Assembly: GCA_965224085.1 (NCBI GenBank)
Contig: CBDCYI010000004.1
Location: 1,600,001-1,664,000, forward strand
Reading direction: 5' to 3'
Length of the DNA stretch: 64,000 bases
From: Candidatus Marinacidobacterales bacterium
GTDB lineage: Bacteria > Acidobacteriota > Vicinamibacteria > Marinacidobacterales > SMYC01
Below, in pieces: positions 59,103 to 64,000 of this stretch. The position numbers were made by a program, and so were the translations under genes. The notes below the pieces were generated by a model that worked only from the letters and a program-made list of their open reading frames with translations, was not told the origin of the DNA and made no database searches. The first letter of the stretch is position 1. Every line of letters begins with the position of its first letter.

Positions 59103-62100
59103 CGGTCGGATGAAACAAGAGCCTCTGGCCATCGTGGGCATGGCTTGTCTTTTCCCCCGGGCCGATAATGTGGAGGCTTACTGGGCCAATCTAAAGAACG
59201 GTGTGGACGCCATTACCGACATTCCTTCCACACACTGGAACGTGAAGGACTTCTTCGATGAGGATCCGAAGGCGACGGATCGCACCTACGCCCGTCGCGG
59301 CGGATTCTTGTCACCGGTGGCCTTCGATCCCCTTGCTTTCGGCATCGCGCCCAACGATTTGGAGGCCACGGACACGACCCAACTCTTGGGACTCATGGTG
59401 GCGCAGAAGGCCCTGGAAGATGCGGGCTACGGCGAGAAGGGAAGCTTCGATCGGGATCGGGCCAGCGTTATCCTCGGCGTCACGGGCACGCTGGAGCTGG
59501 CGATTCCCTTGGGGGCCCGCTTGGGACACCCCTTGTGGCGACGGGCACTCAAACAAGCCGGTGTCGTCGACGACGTTGCCGACACGGTGGTCCAGAAAAT
59601 TTCCGATGGCTATGTGGATTGGCAAGAAAAATCCTTCCCAGGACTCTTGGGCAATGTCGTGGCCGGGCGCATCGCCAACCGACTCGATCTCCACGGCACA
59701 AACTGCGTCGTAGACGCGGCCTGCGCCAGCTCATTGGGCGCCCTTCACCTTGCGGGCCTGGAGCTCGCCGCCGGACGCTCCGATATGGTGCTCGCCGGAG
59801 GCATGGATACCTTTAACGACATCTTCATGTACATGTGCTTCAGCAAGACGCCGGCACTCTCGCCCACCGGCGATTGCCGACCGTTCGACAAGTCAGCCGA
59901 CGGCACGATTATCGGTGACGGTCTCGGCGTTCTGGTTCTCAAGCGGCTGGCCGATGCTCGCAAAGACAAAGACATCATCCACGCGGTCATCCGATCCGTG
60001 GGCTCGTCCAGCGACGGCACCGGCACCGCGGTTTACACGCCGCTCGCCCGCGGGCAGGCCAAGGCGCTGAGAGAGGCCTACGCCGCGGCGGAGATCTCGG
60101 CGCTGAGCATCGAGCTCGTCGAAGCCCACGCCACGGGCACGAAAGTGGGCGACGCCACCGAAGTCACATCTCTTTGCGCAGTTTTCCGAGAAGCCGATGA
60201 CGACGGGAAATGGTGCGCCTTGGGCAGCGTCAAATCACAGCTGGGACACACGAAGGCTGCCGCAGGCGTCGCCGGCGTGATGAAAGTGGCTCTGGCACTG
60301 AAACATAAGGTTCTCCCTCCGACTTTGAAAGTCACCGAGCCGTTGGATGTGCTGAGCAACGGGAGCTCACCCTTTTACGTCAACACGACGAAGCGGCCCT
60401 GGCTTAGTTCGGCGGATCATCCGAGGCGGGCCGCGGTGAGCGCCTTCGGGTTTGGTGGCAGCAACTTCCATTGCGTCGTCGAAGAGGCCGAAGCGGCAAA
60501 GGCAGCCCCGGACTTCGATGGTGAGACCGTTCTTCTAGCTTTTTCGGCCGACACGCGAGAGGCGTTGTTGAGCGCCGCCAAAGCGTTCCCTTCCGATCGG
60601 CGGGGCAACGAACTACGAAAGCTGGCCGCACGGGCCCGAAGCGCGTTTCGCCATGAGGCCGCCGAGCGGCTGACCCTGGCTACGGAGCCTACCCTTCTCG
60701 GAAAGTGTCTCGAAGGCGCCACGGCACTCTTAAAGCGTGCGACCGACAAGAGCTCGTGGACGACACCAGACGGCGCCTTCTACGGCACTGGAGCGCCGGA
60801 TGGATCTTTGGCCTTTCTGTTCCCCGGCCAAGGCTCGCAGTACGTGGGCATGCTCAGAGATTTAGCCTGTCAGTTCCCCGAGCTTCTGGACAGTCTGAAC
60901 CAGGCCGGCAAGCCACTCAGCGATATCATCTATCCCCATCCCGCGTTCGACGAGGAAACAAAAAGGGATCAAGAACGAGCCCTGCGCGCGACCGACGCGG
61001 CCCAGCCGGCCATCGGCGCGGTGTCGGTGGGGACCCTTGGCGCGCTCCAAAGGTTTGGTCTCGAGCCCGCCGCCGTGGCGGGTCACAGCTACGGCGAACT
61101 GGTGGCCCTGCATGCAGCCGAGGTGCTCGACGCCCGAACGCTGGCCGACCTTTCCACGCTCCGCGGCAAACTCATGGGCGAGGGCAAGGGCGATCGTGGA
61201 GCGATGTTGGCGGTGGAATCCGATGAGAGCACCATCGAAACCATCCTCGCCGAGGATGATCTCGCCTTGGTGGTGGCCAACAAAAATGCTCCGGCCCAGT
61301 TCGTTCTATCTGGCCCCACCGACGAGGTCCAAAAAGCGACCGAGGCCCTCGAGAGGCGTGGGATCCGATGCAAGCGTCTTCCGGTCTCCGCCGCCTTTCA
61401 CAGCGCTCTCGTTGCCGAAGCTTCGGAGCCTCTGGCCACCGAGCTCCGCCGGCTGGACATCAGAACACCTCGGCGGAAAGTTTATGCCAACACCACCGGC
61501 GAGACCTATCCCGATGAGCCCGAAGCCATCGCTGCACTCTTGGCCGGTCAACTCGCCCGACCGGTGGAGTTCGCCGCCGAAATCCGCGCCATGCACCGAG
61601 ACGGTGCTCGCTTTTTTCTCGAGGTCGGCCCCGGAAGCCGGCTCACCGGTTTGGTCCAGTCGATTCTCGAGAACGAAGAACATGTAGCCCAAGCGCTGGA
61701 CGCTTCGTCGGGCAAGCGCTCCGGTGCCTTAGACCTCGCCCGGGTCCTAGCCCGTGCCTCCGCCTACGGTTTCCACGTCGATTGGAGTCAGTGGGACCCC
61801 GAGGCGTCATTATTACTAACGAGCTCGGACGACGCTGAGCCAGCTCTCACAGTGACCATCAGCGGCGCTAACTATGTCAAACCCAAAAAGAAGGAGGAGG
61901 CTCCGATCCCTTCGTCCTGTGCGAAAGCGACGGCGAAAACGCCAGCGAACATGAGTCGTCAACCACCCGAACCCGTCAAACCCCGAAAACCCGTTGAAAA
62001 CAACGAACCTCTGATGGCCGCATCTTCTTCGGGCAACGTCATACTCCATGACGCGCTACGGATGACACAAGAGAACATGGCCGCGCTTCAGAAGATGCAG

Positions 62101-64000
62101 GAGCAAACCGCCGCGCTCCATCAGCAGTTTCTGAAAGGCCAGGAGTCGGCCCAACGCACGCTTCAATCCCTCGTCGAACAGCAGCAACGCCTTGTCGAGC
62201 AGCGGCTGGGCCTGACGCCATCATCTCTGCCGCGAGCCGAATCTGTTCCAGGGCCCGTGCTGGTTCCTGTGACGCCAGTTCAAGCTGCGGCTCCAGTGGC
62301 GGTCCCGGAAAGGCAGGTCGAAACGCCTGCAGCCGCTTCTGAAACGGAAGCGAACGTGCCTTCCGGTCCTACCGATATCGACGCCAGTAAAGTGGAAGGT
62401 GTTCTCCTCGAGGTCGTCGCGGAGAAGACGGGATACCCGGTCGACATCTTGAATCTGGACATGGAGATGGACTCGGACCTAGGCATCGACTCCATCAAGC
62501 GCGTGGAAATTCTCTCTACGTTGCAGCAGCGCATTCCCGAGTCGCCGCCCGTGGGCCCGGAGCACCTCGGCGCCCTGCGCACTCTAAGACAGGTCGTGGA
62601 TTTCCTCACCGAAGACCGCGGGAACGCTTTCCCTACGGAAGCAGCGAAGACGTCGACGGACGCGAAGACGAATGCCGACACACCGGCGTCGGCGCCCGCA
62701 GTGGATTTCAAAATCAGCTCGAATGTTTTGGCGGCCGTTTCGGCCAAGACAGGATTTCCGGTGGATTCACTCCACATGAACATGGATCTCAACTCGGACC
62801 TGGGTATCGATCGCGTCAAGCGTGCGGAGATCTTCTCCTTCCTCAGAGACAAGACACCCTCGATGCCCGACATTGCCAATGGCATCATCAATTCCTGGCG
62901 AACGTTACGTAACGTGGTGGACACGCTGTCGGACGCGACGAAGACTTACACTTCATCGAGTCCGCCGACGGTAGACGTGGACGAACCGGTGTGCTCTCGG
63001 GCCCGGACGCCGCAGAGAAGCGTGCTCACGGTCACATCCTTGGACGAAGCGGCGGCGCGCAAGAAGCTATCTCTGACTACTGACGCCGTCATATGGATCT
63101 CGCGTGACGATTCCGGCCTCTCGGCAAAGGTCGCCGATCGGCTGGAGGCGCGGGGTCATAAGACCCGTCTAGTCGATCTCGAAGACGCGGCATCCCTGGG
63201 ATCACCGTCTGCGCTGGCCGGCCTCGTCGTGGTAGGCCCGATGAGTCCCGACAGCGACCAGTTTCTTGCGCAATCCCTAACGCTCTTGAGTCGCGTTGCC
63301 CCTGCGCTGCGCCGGTGTGGCCGCGATGGAGGGTCGGTCTTCGCTACCGTGTCTCGTCTGGACGGCGCGTTTGGATTGAACGCCATGGGTCCCGAGATGC
63401 GGGCTTCGACCGGCGGACTGGCCGGTCTCACCAAGACGGCCAGCATCGAGTGGCCTGAAGTGCACTGCAAAGCCTTGGACGTTGCGCCGGAGACCCCTGA
63501 CTTGGCCGACGGTATCGTGGACGAGGTCCTCCACGGAGGGCCTCTCGAAGTGGGACTCACGAAAACGGGTCGCGTCACTTTGGAGCTCTCGCCCTGCACC
63601 ATCATTGCCGAGGACGCGTCCTTCGAGCTCGGTGAGGACGACGTCATTGTTCTATCGGGTGGAGCCCGAGGTGTGACCGCCGCGGCGGCCCGGGAGCTAG
63701 CCCACACTTTTGGATCGAAGCTCGTGCTTCTCGGGAGGAGTCCAGAGCCCACCGCCGAGCCCGAGTGGCTTCGAGGTCTTACCGCCGAAGCGGACATCAA
63801 GAAGGAGATCGTAGCCCGGGCCCGCGCCGGCGCCTCTCCCAAGCGAGTTGAGGAAGAGTACGCACGCCACATGGCGAATCGCGAGATTCAGCAGACGCTC
63901 GACGATTTAGCGAGGACGGCCGGACACGTCGAGTATCGCGCGGTGGATGTCCGCGACACCCGAGCGGTGCGCAACGTCCTTGCTCACGTTCGCACGAAGC
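59092..64000 (+). CDS. pfaA: PfaA-like iterative type I PKS: KS-MAT-ACP-ACP*-KR (runs off the window)
   Basis: Manual translation from GTG 59092 (GGAGGAG RBS): DAACASS, EAHATGT, GHTK, FPGQGSQ, GHSYGE, AFHS, LGIDSIKRVE, LGIDRVKRAE, GGARGVT. Confidence 0.92.
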   Translation, partial: MSSNGRMKQEPLAIVGMACLFPRADNVEAYWANLKNGVDAITDIPSTHWNVKDFFDEDPKATDRTYARRGGFLSPVAFDPLAFGIAPNDLEATDTTQLLGLMVAQKALEDAGYGEKGSFDRDRASVILGVTGTLELAIPLGARLGHPLWRRALKQAGVVDDVADTVVQKISDGYVDWQEKSFPGLLGNVVAGRIANRLDLHGTNCVVDAACASSLGALHLAGLELAAGRSDMVLAGGMDTFNDIFMYMCFSKTPALSPTGDCRPFDKSADGTIIGDGLGVLVLKRLADARKDKDIIHAVIRSVGSSSDGTGTAVYTPLARGQAKALREAYAAAEISALSIELVEAHATGTKVGDATEVTSLCAVFREADDDGKWCALGSVKSQLGHTKAAAGVAGVMKVALALKHKVLPPTLKVTEPLDVLSNGSSPFYVNTTKRPWLSSADHPRRAAVSAFGFGGSNFHCVVEEAEAAKAAPDFDGETVLLAFSADTREALLSAAKAFPSDRRGNELRKLAARARSAFRHEAAERLTLATEPTLLGKCLEGATALLKRATDKSSWTTPDGAFYGTGAPDGSLAFLFPGQGSQYVGMLRDLACQFPELLDSLNQAGKPLSDIIYPHPAFDEETKRDQERALRATDAAQPAIGAVSVGTLGALQRFGLEPAAVAGHSYGELVALHAAEVLDARTLADLSTLRGKLMGEGKGDRGAMLAVESDESTIETILAEDDLALVVANKNAPAQFVLSGPTDEVQKATEALERRGIRCKRLPVSAAFHSALVAEASEPLATELRRLDIRTPRRKVYANTTGETYPDEPEAIAALLAGQLARPVEFAAEIRAMHRDGARFFLEVGPGSRLTGLVQSILENEEHVAQALDASSGKRSGALDLARVLARASAYGFHVDWSQWDPEASLLLTSSDDAEPALTVTISGANYVKPKKKEEAPIPSSCAKATAKTPANMSRQPPEPVKPRKPVENNEPLMAASSSGNVILHDALRMTQENMAALQKMQEQTAALHQQFLKGQESAQRTLQSLVEQQQRLVEQRLGLTPSSLPRAESVPGPVLVPVTPVQAAAPVAVPERQVETPAAASETEANVPSGPTDIDASKVEGVLLEVVAEKTGYPVDILNLDMEMDSDLGIDSIKRVEILSTLQQRIPESPPVGPEHLGALRTLRQVVDFLTEDRGNAFPTEAAKTSTDAKTNADTPASAPAVDFKISSNVLAAVSAKTGFPVDSLHMNMDLNSDLGIDRVKRAEIFSFLRDKTPSMPDIANGIINSWRTLRNVVDTLSDATKTYTSSSPPTVDVDEPVCSRARTPQRSVLTVTSLDEAAARKKLSLTTDAVIWISRDDSGLSAKVADRLEARGHKTRLVDLEDAASLGSPSALAGLVVVGPMSPDSDQFLAQSLTLLSRVAPALRRCGRDGGSVFATVSRLDGAFGLNAMGPEMRASTGGLAGLTKTASIEWPEVHCKALDVAPETPDLADGIVDEVLHGGPLEVGLTKTGRVTLELSPCTIIAEDASFELGEDDVIVLSGGARGVTAAAARELAHTFGSKLVLLGRSPEPTAEPEWLRGLTAEADIKKEIVARARAGASPKRVEEEYARHMANREIQQTLDDLARTAGHVEYRAVDVRDTRAVRNVLAHVRTK

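Noticed and set aside
1-64000. tRNA, rRNA or selenocysteine recoding
   Set aside because: No cloverleaf or rRNA signatures were seen, and no in-frame TGA at a conserved Cys position.

Overview
GC-rich bacterial DNA. The gene repertoire (DUF1592/DUF1552/ankyrin triad, DUF6152, DUF6644 pair, DUF5916) suggests Acidobacteriota, probably Vicinamibacteria; this is an inference. Housekeeping genes (hemB, pyrE, hisN, thiI, trmO, sixA, glucan phosphorylase) are mixed with accessory loci. These are: a TetR-TolC-MFP-RND operon split by an ISNCY element with clear IRs and target duplication; a radical SAM/SPASM enzyme with a non-canonical CX3CX10C motif; a MazEF-like pair with a perfect 22-bp operator; a four-gene archaeal-like homocitrate-type 2-oxoacid elongation operon flanked by IS remnants; a five-gene heme c locus including a cytochrome c/endostatin-like fusion; and the start of a pfaD-pfaA PUFA-synthase-like PKS whose second ACP lacks the phosphopantetheine serine. 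There are many deletion scars and gene fragments (integrase, HipA, IS91, IS5, IS200, Nramp). Several single-base frameshifts sit in short homopolymers and may be sequencing errors. No rRNA, tRNA or CRISPR array was seen. Family assignments come from motif recognition only; no database searches were run.
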